Below are positions 12,583 through 23,364 of a stretch of 64,000 nt of DNA, piece by piece. Every line of letters begins with the position of its first letter. Position 1 is the first letter of the stretch. The notes under the pieces are model-generated. The model was not told the DNA's origin. It did no database searches and worked only from the letters and a program-made list of their open reading frames with translations. Made by a program: the position numbers and the translations under genes. Source of the DNA: Spirochaetia bacterium (GTDB lineage Bacteria > Spirochaetota > Spirochaetia > SZUA-6 > Bin103); assembly GCA_965198005.1 (NCBI GenBank), contig CBDAOI010000004.1:224001-288000 (forward strand), read 5' to 3'.

Positions 12583-12666
12583 TCTCTTACCTCTTGTTCT
12601 TGGCTTGGCCGCATTCTGCGCAACGATGATTGTGAGCAGTGAAGTCTACTATAACATGTTCGAGCG

Positions 12667-13629
12667 CTATCCGGTCACGACGTTGCGCGGTGTCCCCTCC
12701 AGAAACGCGATCACGTTCTCGATCGCACCCTGGTTGAGCAGCTCGACGCCCTCGGGGGTCATGTCGGCGGCGTGCGGCGTCAGCACCACGCGCTCGCACC
12801 GCACTAGGGGGTCGTCCGGCGCCGGCGGCTCCTGCTCGAAGACGTCGACCGCCGCGCCGCCGAGGGTGCCGCGCTTGAGCGCGGCCGCCAGCGCTGCCCC
12901 GTCGACCAGTCCCGCGCGCGCAGTGTTGATCAGCAGCGCGCCGGGCTTCATCATGGCCAGTTGCCGCGCCCCGATGATGCTCCGGGACTGTTCACTCAGG
13001 CGGAGGTGCAGGCTGACCACGTCGCTTGCGGCCAGCAGTTCGTCCAGTTCCACGTAGCGCACGCCCAGCCGCGCCGCCCGCTCGGGGTGCGGCGCGAAGG
13101 TCCAGGCCATCACCTCCATGCCGACCGCATTGCCCAGGCGCGCCATCTCGGCGCCGGTGTCGCCGGTGCCGACGATGCCCAGCCGCTTGCCTTGCAGATA
13201 GACGCCGTCGGTGCGCGGCCAGTCGCCGGCGCGGATCCGGACGGTGTGATAGGCGGCGTGCTTGGCCAGCGCGAACATCAGCCCGAAGGCGTGCTCGGCC
13301 ACCACCGGCGCGGTGCGCCCCGGCTGATTGCTCACGACCACGCCGCACCGGTGCGCCGCCTGCAGGTCGATCATGTCGGTGCCGATCGAGCAGGTGGCGA
13401 TGAGGCGCAGCTCAGGCAGGCGCCGCAGCACCTCCGCCGGCCAGCGCACGGCCCCGCGGGAGTTGATCACGATCTGCGCCCCGTCGGCGCGGGCCACCAG
13501 CTCGGCGGCGCTCTGCGGCCGGTCGCGGAACACGAGCACCTCGTCGATCTCGGCGCGTGCGCGCAGCTTCTCGAGCTGGGATGACTCCTGGATCTGCGGC
13601 GGATCGTCACCGGGAACGACAACGCGCAT
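12667..13629 (-). CDS. D-2-hydroxyacid dehydrogenase family protein
   Basis: GIVGTGDTG, LINTARAG, DVFEQEP and LTPH motifs. Confidence 0.92.
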   Translation of the reverse strand: MRVVVPGDDPPQIQESSQLEKLRARAEIDEVLVFRDRPQSAAELVARADGAQIVINSRGAVRWPAEVLRRLPELRLIATCSIGTDMIDLQAAHRCGVVVSNQPGRTAPVVAEHAFGLMFALAKHAAYHTVRIRAGDWPRTDGVYLQGKRLGIVGTGDTGAEMARLGNAVGMEVMAWTFAPHPERAARLGVRYVELDELLAASDVVSLHLRLSEQSRSIIGARQLAMMKPGALLINTARAGLVDGAALAAALKRGTLGGAAVDVFEQEPPAPDDPLVRCERVVLTPHAADMTPEGVELLNQGAIENVIAFLEGTPRNVVTG

Positions 13630-13663
13630 CACGCGCCAACGCTCGCGCAGCGGCTGGTTTCCG

Positions 13664-14185
13664 TCAACCGGCTTCGTCCGGCGCGCCCTGCGTGTCCGCG
13701 CCACGGCAGGGAGCGGTCATCGCCACCACGACACCGGTGATGTCCCGGAACGCGCCGTGCTCACGCCACAGCACGTAGTGGAAGTGCAGGAAGGCGACCG
13801 CCACCAGGGTGCCGTGCAGGAAGCGGGGCACGGCGCGGGCGGCCACGGCGCCGCCGAGCACCGCCTGCACCAGGAACAGCAGGATGTTGAGGTAGATCTG
13901 GCCGGACACCGCCCCCCGGATGGCGCGCGCCCGGGCGCTGAGGTCCGGGCCCGGCGGCGGCTCGGGCCGCGCCTCCAGGTATTCGCGGATGTTGGTGGCG
14001 GTGCCCACGAAGAAGAAGATGGTGAGGGTCTGGGTGAACAGGTAGATGATCGAGGTCAGAAACGCGAAGGTGGGGTGCGGGGCGCCGAACACGGCAAACC
14101 CGAAGATCCCCTGCAGGCCGCTGAGCAGAAACAGCACGTAGGTGAGCGCCCCCATCAGATAGCAGACGTACATGAACAGCCACAT
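13664..14185 (-). CDS. Hypothetical 4-TM membrane protein
   Basis: MWLFMYVCYLMG start with four hydrophobic segments. Confidence 0.7.
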   Translation of the reverse strand: MWLFMYVCYLMGALTYVLFLLSGLQGIFGFAVFGAPHPTFAFLTSIIYLFTQTLTIFFFVGTATNIREYLEARPEPPPGPDLSARARAIRGAVSGQIYLNILLFLVQAVLGGAVAARAVPRFLHGTLVAVAFLHFHYVLWREHGAFRDITGVVVAMTAPCRGADTQGAPDEAG

Positions 14186-14250
14186 TGGAGTTGCTCGGGA
14201 TGGCGGGCGGCAGCCGGCGGTGCGCCTGACGGCCGGTGCCGCCTCAGGCG

Positions 14251-14586
14251 TCAGGCGTCGATGCCAATGCCGTACTGGGCTTCGAACTCGGCGGTCGGCA
14301 GCATCCGGATCGCGTCCCAGGTGAGCTGCGTGCACACCCGGGCGCAGATCTGGCAGCCGATGCACTCGTTGAAGCGAATCTGCACCGGCGGGATCGGACG
14401 ATTGTCGTAGACCTCCTGCTCCACCGCCTGGATACAGTCGACCGGGCAGAACGGCACGCACACCTGACAGCCGGTGCAGCTGTCCTCATCCACCACCGCC
14501 ATCAGCTTGGGCTTGCGCTTCTTGGTCTGCATGGCCTTGGGCAACTCGGGGATCGATTTGTAGAAATTCTGCCGCACTTTGGCCAT
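14251..14586 (-). CDS. 2x[4Fe-4S] ferredoxin
   Basis: CTGCQVCVPFCP and CIGCQICARVC motifs. Confidence 0.9.
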   Translation of the reverse strand: MAKVRQNFYKSIPELPKAMQTKKRKPKLMAVVDEDSCTGCQVCVPFCPVDCIQAVEQEVYDNRPIPPVQIRFNECIGCQICARVCTQLTWDAIRMLPTAEFEAQYGIGIDA

Positions 14587-14626
14587 GTCGTACTAAACCT
14601 CGGTCAACGTTCGTCCGCCAGCGCCG

Positions 14627-14881
14627 CTACTTGAAGTACTCGGCGTTGATCTCAGCGAAGTGAGCCCACTTGTCCGGGAGCTCGCTCTCCTCGAAGATGG
14701 CGTCCACCGGACACTCCGGTACGCACGCCGCACAGTCGATGCACTCGTCGGGATCGATGTAGAGCTGTTTGTCCGCCGGCTCATCGTACCCTTCCACCGG
14801 GTGGATGCAGTCCACGGGGCAGACCTCCACGCAGGAGGTGTCACAGGTACCGATGCACGGCTCAGCGATGATATATGCCAT
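14627..14881 (-). CDS. Ferredoxin (7Fe/FdxA type)
   Basis: MAYIIAEPCIGTCDTSCVEVCPVDCIH...CIDCAACVPECP. Confidence 0.93.
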   Translation of the reverse strand: MAYIIAEPCIGTCDTSCVEVCPVDCIHPVEGYDEPADKQLYIDPDECIDCAACVPECPVDAIFEESELPDKWAHFAEINAEYFK

Positions 14882-14940
14882 GGGTGAAAACTAATCTAAC
14901 GAACGGCGCGGGTTTGTCAAGCGGTACTTGAGCAGTGATC

Positions 14941-15972
14941 ATGGGAACCATGCCGACTCCCCCGCCGGTACGCTTCTACGCCCATCCGCTGTGCGCCGGC
15001 CATGAGGCCGGCCCCGGCCACCCGGAGCGGCCGCAGCGCATGGCCGCGGTCGCCGCGGCGCTGGCGCGCGCCGACCTCACGGACCGGCTGCAGGTGTGCC
15101 AGCCGGCGCCCGCCCCGCGCGCCGCCCTGGAACGGGTGCACGCCGCCTCCTACGTGGAGCTGATCCTGGGCCTGCGCGGCCACAGCCGCCGTCTGGACGC
15201 CGACACCAGCGTCGGGCCCGGCAGCGTGGCGGCCGCGCTGCATGCCGCCGGCGCCGCCCTCGAAGCGACCGCGGCGGTGCTCGGCGGCGCCGCGCGCACC
15301 GCGTTCTGCGCCGTACGTCCGCCGGGGCACCACGCCGAGCGCGACCGCGCGATGGGGTTCTGCCTGTTCAACAACGTGGCGGTGGCGGCCGCCGCCGCGC
15401 TCGCCGGCACGCTGCCGGCGCCCAATCCCGGTGCCGCGACCCCTCCCGCCGCCACTCCGCCCGGCCGCGCCTCCACGCCGGTGCAACGGGTGCTGATCTT
15501 CGATCCCGACGTCCACCACGGCAACGGCACCCAGCACGTCTTCTACGCCTCCGCCGCGGTGCACTACGTCTCCATCCACCAGTACCCGTTCTATCCCGGC
15601 ACCGGTGCGGCGCGCGAACGCGGCGTCGGTGCGGGGGCCGGCTACACCCTGAACGTGCCGCTGCCCGCCGGATCCGGCGACGACGAGTATCTCGCCGCGA
15701 CCGAGCGACTGGTCCTGCCGGAGGTGCGGGCGTTCGCCCCGCAACTGGTCATCTTCTCGGCCGGCTTCGACGCCCACCGGCGCGATCCGCTGGCGATGAT
15801 GCGGGTTACCACCGCCGGCTTCATGAGCATGTACCGGCTGCTGCTGGACGAGCTGGACCGGTCCCGGATCCCGCACCTGTTCGTGCTGGAAGGCGGGTAC
15901 AGCCTGCCGGCCCTGGAAGAGTGCGCCGCCGCCCTGCTCACCGAGCTGACCGACCGGTACGCGCCGCGGTGA
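14941..15972 (+). CDS. Histone deacetylase-family Zn-dependent deacylase
   Basis: HPERP, RPPGHHA, GFCLFNN, DVHHGNGTQ, SAGFDAH and LEGGY motifs. Confidence 0.95.
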   Translation: MGTMPTPPPVRFYAHPLCAGHEAGPGHPERPQRMAAVAAALARADLTDRLQVCQPAPAPRAALERVHAASYVELILGLRGHSRRLDADTSVGPGSVAAALHAAGAALEATAAVLGGAARTAFCAVRPPGHHAERDRAMGFCLFNNVAVAAAAALAGTLPAPNPGAATPPAATPPGRASTPVQRVLIFDPDVHHGNGTQHVFYASAAVHYVSIHQYPFYPGTGAARERGVGAGAGYTLNVPLPAGSGDDEYLAATERLVLPEVRAFAPQLVIFSAGFDAHRRDPLAMMRVTTAGFMSMYRLLLDELDRSRIPHLFVLEGGYSLPALEECAAALLTELTDRYAPR

Positions 15973-16002
15973 CGTCGAGGCGGGACTGCCGCGCGCTCAC
16001 GG

Positions 16003-16431
16003 TCACCAGCCGAACTCCGAGTAGGGGCGGCCGGCCAGGGCCAGGATGATGGCCTGACGGACGTAGGGAATGGTGTTGGCCGGCAGCGCGGCGGTGGAAA
16101 ACCAGCGCAGGTCGTCGCACTTGTGCGGTTCCCGGTTGCGCGGCGCTCCCGACCACCTGCGGCAGCGGAAGAAAAAGCCGACGCTCTCGCGGTCGGAGCG
16201 CCGGTGCATGACGTGGCACAGCTCCAGCGCGCCGGGCGAGATCACGATACCCGCCTCTTCGTGCGCCTCCCGGATCAGCGCGCGCGAGGCCGGCTCGTTG
16301 CCGTCGACGTGGCCGGCGACGACACTGTAATTGCCGTCCTCGTAGCCGGTTCCGTACCGCCGCAGCATCAGGATGCGGTCCCGGTCCAGCAACAGCAGGT
16401 AGACCTCGGGAACGAGTCGAAACCGCAGCAT
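16003..16431 (-). CDS. NUDIX hydrolase
   Basis: Nudix box AGHVDGNEPASRALIREAHEEAG; NREPHKCD. Confidence 0.92.
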   Translation of the reverse strand: MLRFRLVPEVYLLLLDRDRILMLRRYGTGYEDGNYSVVAGHVDGNEPASRALIREAHEEAGIVISPGALELCHVMHRRSDRESVGFFFRCRRWSGAPRNREPHKCDDLRWFSTAALPANTIPYVRQAIILALAGRPYSEFGW

Positions 16432-16574
16432 GCGCCATGCTACCCCGCGGCCAGCCGCCGCGGCACCCATCGCGCCGAGCTGGCCGCGGCCGCCGCGGGT
16501 TGCGTCCGCGGGGTCCGCGGGTCCGCGGGTGCCCGGTGTTGATGATGGCGCGGCATCTCCGTAGACTGCCGGGG

Positions 16575-17549
16575 ATGGACCCCGCCGACCAGCGGCCCGA
16601 GGTATCGGTGCCCGACCACAGTGGCAACGGCACGCCGCCCCCGGACAGCGTCAGGCCCGGCGCCAACGGCGCCCCGCCCGAGGCTGCCTCCGCGCAGCAG
16701 CCCGAGCAGCGTTCGTTCATCAGCGTCATCATCCATTCCTTCTTCATCATTCCGTTTCTGATCGCGGTGTTCGCCGGGCTGCTGGTGGTCACCTGGCGCA
16801 TCCTGACCAATGAGCCGCAGACGGTGTACGACTACATTGCCGACGTGAAGGTGGGCGGCGCCACCAAGCGCTGGCAGGCGGCGTTCGAGCTGTCCAAGCT
16901 TCTGGCCGACCCGGAGCGGGTCCCGCAGGAGCGGCGGTTCGTGGCGGAAATGCTGGGAGTGTTCGAGGCGGCCGAGCGCGACGACCCGCGCGTGCGCCAG
17001 TACCTGGCGCTGGCCATGGCGCGTGCCGGGCACGAGGCGTTCATCGAGCCGCTCGCGGTCGCGGTCGCGGAGGAGTCGGACGGGACCCGGTTCATGCTGC
17101 TGGTGGCGCTCGGGCTGTTCGGCGCCGGCGAGGTGCTGCCGGCGGTGGCGCCGTATCTGAACGACACCTCGGCGCGGGTGCGCTCGGGGGCCGCCACCGC
17201 CCTGGGACTGGCCGGGAATCCGGCGGCGGTCGCCCCGCTGCAGCGGGCGTTGCACGATCCCGAGCCCGCGGTGACCTGGGACGCGGCCCTGGCGCTGGCG
17301 CGGTTGGGCGATCTGAGCGGCAAGGAGATACTGCTCGAGCTGCTCGAGCGCGACTACCTGCAGACCTTCCCGAACGTGGACGACCGCGACGGCAACCTGC
17401 TCATGGCGACGGTGATCGAGGTGACTGCGCCGCTGGGCGATCCCGACCTGGAGGCGCGCATCGCCACCCTGGCGCGGGAGGATGCAAGTTTGAACGTAAG
17501 AAGAATTGCACAGCAGGCCGTAAGTGATTATGGTAAGCGCGGAAGGTGA
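16575..17549 (+). CDS. Membrane-anchored HEAT-repeat protein
   Basis: One TM helix then VRQYLALA, VRSGAATALG and VTWDAALALA repeats. Confidence 0.85.
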   Translation: MDPADQRPEVSVPDHSGNGTPPPDSVRPGANGAPPEAASAQQPEQRSFISVIIHSFFIIPFLIAVFAGLLVVTWRILTNEPQTVYDYIADVKVGGATKRWQAAFELSKLLADPERVPQERRFVAEMLGVFEAAERDDPRVRQYLALAMARAGHEAFIEPLAVAVAEESDGTRFMLLVALGLFGAGEVLPAVAPYLNDTSARVRSGAATALGLAGNPAAVAPLQRALHDPEPAVTWDAALALARLGDLSGKEILLELLERDYLQTFPNVDDRDGNLLMATVIEVTAPLGDPDLEARIATLAREDASLNVRRIAQQAVSDYGKRGR

Positions 17550-17610
17550 CCTACCGGGCGGCCCGGCAACCACCGGGGCCGCGAGTGTCCACGAGCATGA
17601 GTAGAGGAAG

Positions 17611-18417
17611 ATGAGCCAGGAAGACGCGAAAGCCGGCGAAGCGCCGCAAGCGGCAGGCCCGGCCGGCGGATCCGAGGAGCAACCGGCCGCGGCCGTGGCC
17701 GGAACGCCCGAGGCCGCGGAGCGGGCCCCCCGGTCCTCCCGAGCAGCCGCGGCCGGGGAGGGCGCTGCAGCCCCCGGCGGCGTGGCGGGCGGCGCGGCGG
17801 GACGGCCACCGGCTCGTGCGGCCGGCCGTAGTGCGCGCGCGGCCCGCGCCGGTGCCGCCGGCGCCCGCTCCACCGCAGCCGTGAGCGCGCGCCCCGGCGC
17901 CGCCGGGGCCGTGGCTGCGGCCGGCACCGGTGACGTGTCGCGGCGCGGCTTCCTGTCCTGGATCACCGCCGGCTGGCTGGCGTTCGGGGCGCTGACCGCC
18001 GGCACCCTGATCGGGACGGTGCGTTTCCTGTTTCCCAACGTGCTGTTCGAGCCGCCGCAGACCTTCCGCGCCGGGTTCCCCGAGGAGTACACCGTGGGCG
18101 ACGTGTCGACCCGGTTCAAGGACCAGTTCGCCGTGTGGATCGTGCGTACGCCGACCGAGATCTACGTCCTGTCGACCGTCTGCACCCACCTCGGCTGCAC
18201 CCCCAACTGGCTGTCCGGCGAGCAGAAGTTCAAGTGCCCGTGCCACGGCAGCGGGTTCCGCAAGACCGGCATCAACTTCGAGGGCCCGGCGCCGCGGCCG
18301 CTGGAGCGCTACCGCGTGACCATGGCCGACGACGGTCAGATCCTGGTCGACAAGACCCGCAAATACCAGTGGGAGAAGGACGAGTGGAGCGACCCCGAGT
18401 CGTTCCTGGCCGTGTAG
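17611..18417 (+). CDS. Rieske iron-sulfur subunit of bc/b6f-type complex
   Basis: Tat-like SRRGFL, CTHLGC and CPCHGS motifs; long Ala/Gly-rich N-terminus. Confidence 0.95.
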   Translation: MSQEDAKAGEAPQAAGPAGGSEEQPAAAVAGTPEAAERAPRSSRAAAAGEGAAAPGGVAGGAAGRPPARAAGRSARAARAGAAGARSTAAVSARPGAAGAVAAAGTGDVSRRGFLSWITAGWLAFGALTAGTLIGTVRFLFPNVLFEPPQTFRAGFPEEYTVGDVSTRFKDQFAVWIVRTPTEIYVLSTVCTHLGCTPNWLSGEQKFKCPCHGSGFRKTGINFEGPAPRPLERYRVTMADDGQILVDKTRKYQWEKDEWSDPESFLAV

Positions 18418-18455
18418 CGAGCGCAGCATGACGAACACGAGGAGCAAGGCGATCG

Positions 18456-19301
<846 letters not shown>

Positions 19302-19328
19302 AGCGCACCGGGACGCAGGCGTAAGGCG

Positions 19329-20435
19329 ATGCTCAAACAATTCTTCAACTGGGTCTCCAACCCCGCCGTTCTGTTCACGATCTTCATCGTCGGGTTCTTC
19401 TTCGTCTTTCCGCCCGGCGGCAAGCTGTACAAGCTCAACCGCCGCCTGAAGCTCGACCTGCTGTGGACGCCGGCGGGCGGCATCGTGTTCTTCGGGCTGC
19501 TGGCGATCTTCTTCCTGTGGGGCATCACCGACGCCAACTTCCGCCTCATCGTGTTCAAGCCGGACAACATCCCGATCACGGCGCTGCTGTTTCTGGTGCC
19601 GTTCTTCCTCTGGCACTCCATGAAGCAGGCGCGCGAGAACGACCTGCGCGCCGAAAAGGGCGAGCCGCCGCAGGAGGCGCTGGACAACGAGAAGGTGCTG
19701 GTGTGGCCCGACTTGGTGTACGTCGAGTTCATCTCGCTGATCCTGTCGATGGCGCTGATGATCGTCTGGTCGCTGTTCCTCAAGGCGCCGCTGGAGGAGC
19801 CGGCCAACCCGACCGTGTCGCCCAACCCGTCCAAGGCGCCGTGGTACTTCCTCGGCTTGCAGGAGATGCTGGTCTACTACGACCCGTGGCTGGCGGGGGT
19901 GGTGTTGCCGACCCTGATCATCGTCGGGCTGATCGCCATCCCCTACATGGACGTCAACGCCGGCGGCCAGGGGTACTACAGCTACAAGCCGCGCATGAAG
20001 TCGATCAGCATCTTTCTGTTCGGCTTCGTGGTGATGTGGATCTTTCTGATCCTGGTGGGCACCTTCCTGCGCGGCCCCAACTGGAATTTCTTTGGACCAT
20101 TCGAATTCTGGGATCCCAACAAGCGCGAGGTGTTGAACAACGTCAACCTCTCCGAGTACGTCTACATCTTTCTGCTACGCACCGGCTTACCTGAAAATAT
20201 TCTGGTGCGCGAGCTGTTCGGGATTCTGTTGATCCTGGGGTACTTCGCCATCGTCCCGGGGCTGCTGGCGCAGACCGCCTTCAAGCGGCTGTTCCAGCGT
20301 CTGGGGGTGGTACGCTACAGCTTCTTCATCGTGTTGCTGCTGATGGGGCTGGCGCTGCCGATCAAGATGTATACGCGCTGGCTGTTCAACCTGAAGTACA
20401 TCGTCTCGATCCCGGAATTCTTCTTGAACGTATAA
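19329..20435 (+). CDS. Cytochrome b subunit IV-like protein with extra TM helices
   Basis: VWPDL, APLEEPANP, KAPWYFLGLQE (PEWY equivalent). Confidence 0.9.
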   Translation: MLKQFFNWVSNPAVLFTIFIVGFFFVFPPGGKLYKLNRRLKLDLLWTPAGGIVFFGLLAIFFLWGITDANFRLIVFKPDNIPITALLFLVPFFLWHSMKQARENDLRAEKGEPPQEALDNEKVLVWPDLVYVEFISLILSMALMIVWSLFLKAPLEEPANPTVSPNPSKAPWYFLGLQEMLVYYDPWLAGVVLPTLIIVGLIAIPYMDVNAGGQGYYSYKPRMKSISIFLFGFVVMWIFLILVGTFLRGPNWNFFGPFEFWDPNKREVLNNVNLSEYVYIFLLRTGLPENILVRELFGILLILGYFAIVPGLLAQTAFKRLFQRLGVVRYSFFIVLLLMGLALPIKMYTRWLFNLKYIVSIPEFFLNV

Positions 20436-23363
20436 ATGGCAGTCCGTCCTCAACCACCGCCGCCGCCGGAAGAGCGGCACTACAAGATCGGGACCCTCAA
20501 CAAGTGGTTCGCGATCGGCAGCATCGTGCTGCTGATCACCATCATCGCCTCGTTCGCGCAGGATTACGGGCGCGAGTGGAAGCGCTGGCAGCGGCAGTTC
20601 CGGCGCATCGACCGCGAGGTCACGCGCGGCGCGTACGACGAGATGGCGGCCGAGATGGCGAACAGCGCGGCCACGGCGCGGGCGCGCGAGCAGGTAGCCG
20701 CCGCCGAGGAGGCGCTGCAGGCGCGCCAGGACGACGTGCGCGCCGCCGAACGCGAGGTGGACCGCCTGCAGGCGCGGTTCGACGTGGCCAACTCCCGCTT
20801 CCAGAACGTGAAGGCGCAGATGGAGCGCGCCCGTTATCGCGACGAGCAGGCCGCGGCCGGCACCGAGGGGCTGGGCCTGCGGCGCGAACGCACCTCCGGC
20901 GAGCTGGAGCGCTGGCAGACCGAGTTCGCCGGCGCTTCGGTGGCGCAGGAGGAGGCGCAGCTCGCCCTGGAGCAGGCGCAGGCGGCGTTGCAGGGTTTCG
21001 AGGACGAGGTGCGCGCGGCGCGGCGGGCGCGCGATGAGGAGTCGCGCGAGGCCGACCTGTTGATGCGGCGCCTGGTGCGGATGGACCCGGAGTTCTCGCC
21101 CATGGGCGTGAAGATCGCCAACATTATCCGCGACCTGCCGATTCTGGATCTGTCGCAGCCGACGCTGAAGGTGGAGCAGGTGGTCCTGCCCGACGTCAAG
21201 GAGAACCTCAACTTCGTCCAGGTGCCGCGCGTGGACCGGTGCGTGACCTGTCACCTGGGGGTGGACCGCGCCGACCTGGCCGGGATCGAGAACCCGCACG
21301 GGGCGCACCCGCGGCTGGCGCTGTTCGTGGCCAGCGATTCGCCCCATCCGCTGGAGGAGTTCGGCTGCACGAGCTGCCACGGCGGGCGCGGCCGCGCCAC
21401 CGACTTCGTGGGCACGGTGCACCGCCCCGACTCCGAGGAGCAGCTCCACGACTGGGAACGCCGCCTCGGCTGGGAGGAGTACCACCTGTGGGAGGAGCCG
21501 ATGCATCCGCTGCGCTATGCGGAGGCGGGCTGCTTCCAGTGCCACAGCGGCCAGGCGCAGATCCGCGGCGCCGAGAAGCTCAGCTACGGCCTGCACCTGA
21601 TCGAGCAGGCGGGGTGCTACTCGTGTCACGAGATCGCGAGCTTCGCCGGCCATCCGCAGCGCGGCCCCAGCCTGCGCAGCGTGGCGGACAAGCTCTCCCC
21701 CGAATTCGCGTTCCAGTGGATCAAGGACCCCGCCGGGTTCCGCTCCCAGACCTGGATGCCGGCCTACTTCGGCCAGAGCAACAACAGCGACCCCGTGGCC
21801 ATGGCGCGCGCTGATCAGGAAGTGCATGCCATCGTCGCCTACCTGTTCGCCAACAGCACCGAGTATGCAAGGGAGGAAATTCCGGTGGCCGGAGACCCGG
21901 TACGCGGCGAAGAGCTGGTGGCGTCGGTGGGCTGCATGGCGTGTCACGAGACACCGGACGAGACCACCGGCGCCACCGGGCGTACGGTCACCAGCCAGCA
22001 GGAGTTGCGCCGCCAGTTCGGTCCCAACTTCCAGGGGCTGGGCAGCAAGACCTCGGCGCAGTGGGTCTACAACTGGCTCAAGGATCCCTCCCGCTACCAT
22101 CCCGGAACCCGCATGCCCAGCCTGCGGCTGGCCGATCAGGAAGCGGCCGACATCACCGCCTACCTGACGGGCTCCACCGACGCGGCGTTCGCGGGGCGGC
22201 CGGTGCCGGCGGTGGACGAGGCGGTGATCGACCGGATCGCGCTCGACTTCCTGTCCAACACGGCGCCGATGATTACCGCTCAGGACCAGCTCGCGGCCAT
22301 GAACCGCGGAGAGAAGCTGGAGTACGCCGGCGAACGGCTGATCTCCCACTACGGCTGCTTCGCGTGCCACGACATCGCCGGCTTCGAGGACGCGCAGCCG
22401 ATTGGGACCGCGCTCACCGACATCGGCCGCAAGGCCCTGCATCAGTTCGACTACGGCTTTCTCGGCGACCGGATCGAGCACAGCCGTACCTCGTGGTGGA
22501 CGGCCAAGTTGACCGACCCGCGGGTGTTCGACCTGCACCGCGACCTGGAGCCGCTGCAGCAGAGCCGGATGCCCGACTTCCGCCTCACCGACCAGCAGGT
22601 GGAGGCGATGGTCACGGCGCTGGCCGGCTTCGTGGAGCTCGACCCGAACGTCACCAGGATCGTGCCGCGCACGCCGCGCGACCTGCGCCTAGAGACGGGG
22701 CAGCACCTGGTGCGGCAAATGAACTGCCAGGGCTGCCACGTGATCGAGGGCGAGGGCGGCGCGGTGGTGGCGCAGGTGGCCGACTGGCTGGAACGGTTCG
22801 GGGGACGCTCCAGCGCCGATGCCGAGACCCTGGCGCCCAGCTTCGCGCCGCCCGACCTGCTGGGCGAGGGGCGCAAGGTGCAGACCGACTGGCTGTTCGC
22901 GTTTTTCCACCAGCCGTCGCCGATCCGGCCGTGGCTGCGCATGCGCATGCCCAGCTACGGCATGAGCGCCGAGCGCCGCAACGCGCTGATCGCCTACTTC
23001 ACGGCGCTGGACGACGCGGCCTATCCGTTCGCCGAGCAGGTGCAGCCGGAGCTGACGCAGGAGGAACTGGACGCGGCCCTGACCATGTTCTCGCCCAACT
23101 ACTTCAACTGCACCACCTGCCACATCCAGGGCGACCAGGTCCCGCCCGGCACCCCGGACCGCTGGGCGCCCGACTTCGCGCTGGCGTCGCAGCGGCTGCG
23201 TCCCGACTGGATCATCGACTGGCTGGCCGACCCGCAGTCGCTGATGCCCGGCACCCGCATGCCCGCGTTCTACCCGCTCGGCGCACCCGGCGTGCTCGAC
23301 AGCGACACCGCCCACCAGCTCGAAGTCCTGCGCGACTACCTGCTGACCCTGGGGTCACCCTGA
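20436..23363 (+). CDS. Membrane-anchored octaheme cytochrome c with coiled-coil stalk
   Basis: Eight CxxCH motifs counted (CVTCH, CTSCH, CFQCH, CYSCH, CMACH, CFACH, CQGCH, CTTCH). Confidence 0.93.
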   Translation: MAVRPQPPPPPEERHYKIGTLNKWFAIGSIVLLITIIASFAQDYGREWKRWQRQFRRIDREVTRGAYDEMAAEMANSAATARAREQVAAAEEALQARQDDVRAAEREVDRLQARFDVANSRFQNVKAQMERARYRDEQAAAGTEGLGLRRERTSGELERWQTEFAGASVAQEEAQLALEQAQAALQGFEDEVRAARRARDEESREADLLMRRLVRMDPEFSPMGVKIANIIRDLPILDLSQPTLKVEQVVLPDVKENLNFVQVPRVDRCVTCHLGVDRADLAGIENPHGAHPRLALFVASDSPHPLEEFGCTSCHGGRGRATDFVGTVHRPDSEEQLHDWERRLGWEEYHLWEEPMHPLRYAEAGCFQCHSGQAQIRGAEKLSYGLHLIEQAGCYSCHEIASFAGHPQRGPSLRSVADKLSPEFAFQWIKDPAGFRSQTWMPAYFGQSNNSDPVAMARADQEVHAIVAYLFANSTEYAREEIPVAGDPVRGEELVASVGCMACHETPDETTGATGRTVTSQQELRRQFGPNFQGLGSKTSAQWVYNWLKDPSRYHPGTRMPSLRLADQEAADITAYLTGSTDAAFAGRPVPAVDEAVIDRIALDFLSNTAPMITAQDQLAAMNRGEKLEYAGERLISHYGCFACHDIAGFEDAQPIGTALTDIGRKALHQFDYGFLGDRIEHSRTSWWTAKLTDPRVFDLHRDLEPLQQSRMPDFRLTDQQVEAMVTALAGFVELDPNVTRIVPRTPRDLRLETGQHLVRQMNCQGCHVIEGEGGAVVAQVADWLERFGGRSSADAETLAPSFAPPDLLGEGRKVQTDWLFAFFHQPSPIRPWLRMRMPSYGMSAERRNALIAYFTALDDAAYPFAEQVQPELTQEELDAALTMFSPNYFNCTTCHIQGDQVPPGTPDRWAPDFALASQRLRPDWIIDWLADPQSLMPGTRMPAFYPLGAPGVLDSDTAHQLEVLRDYLLTLGSP

Positions 23364-23364
23364 C

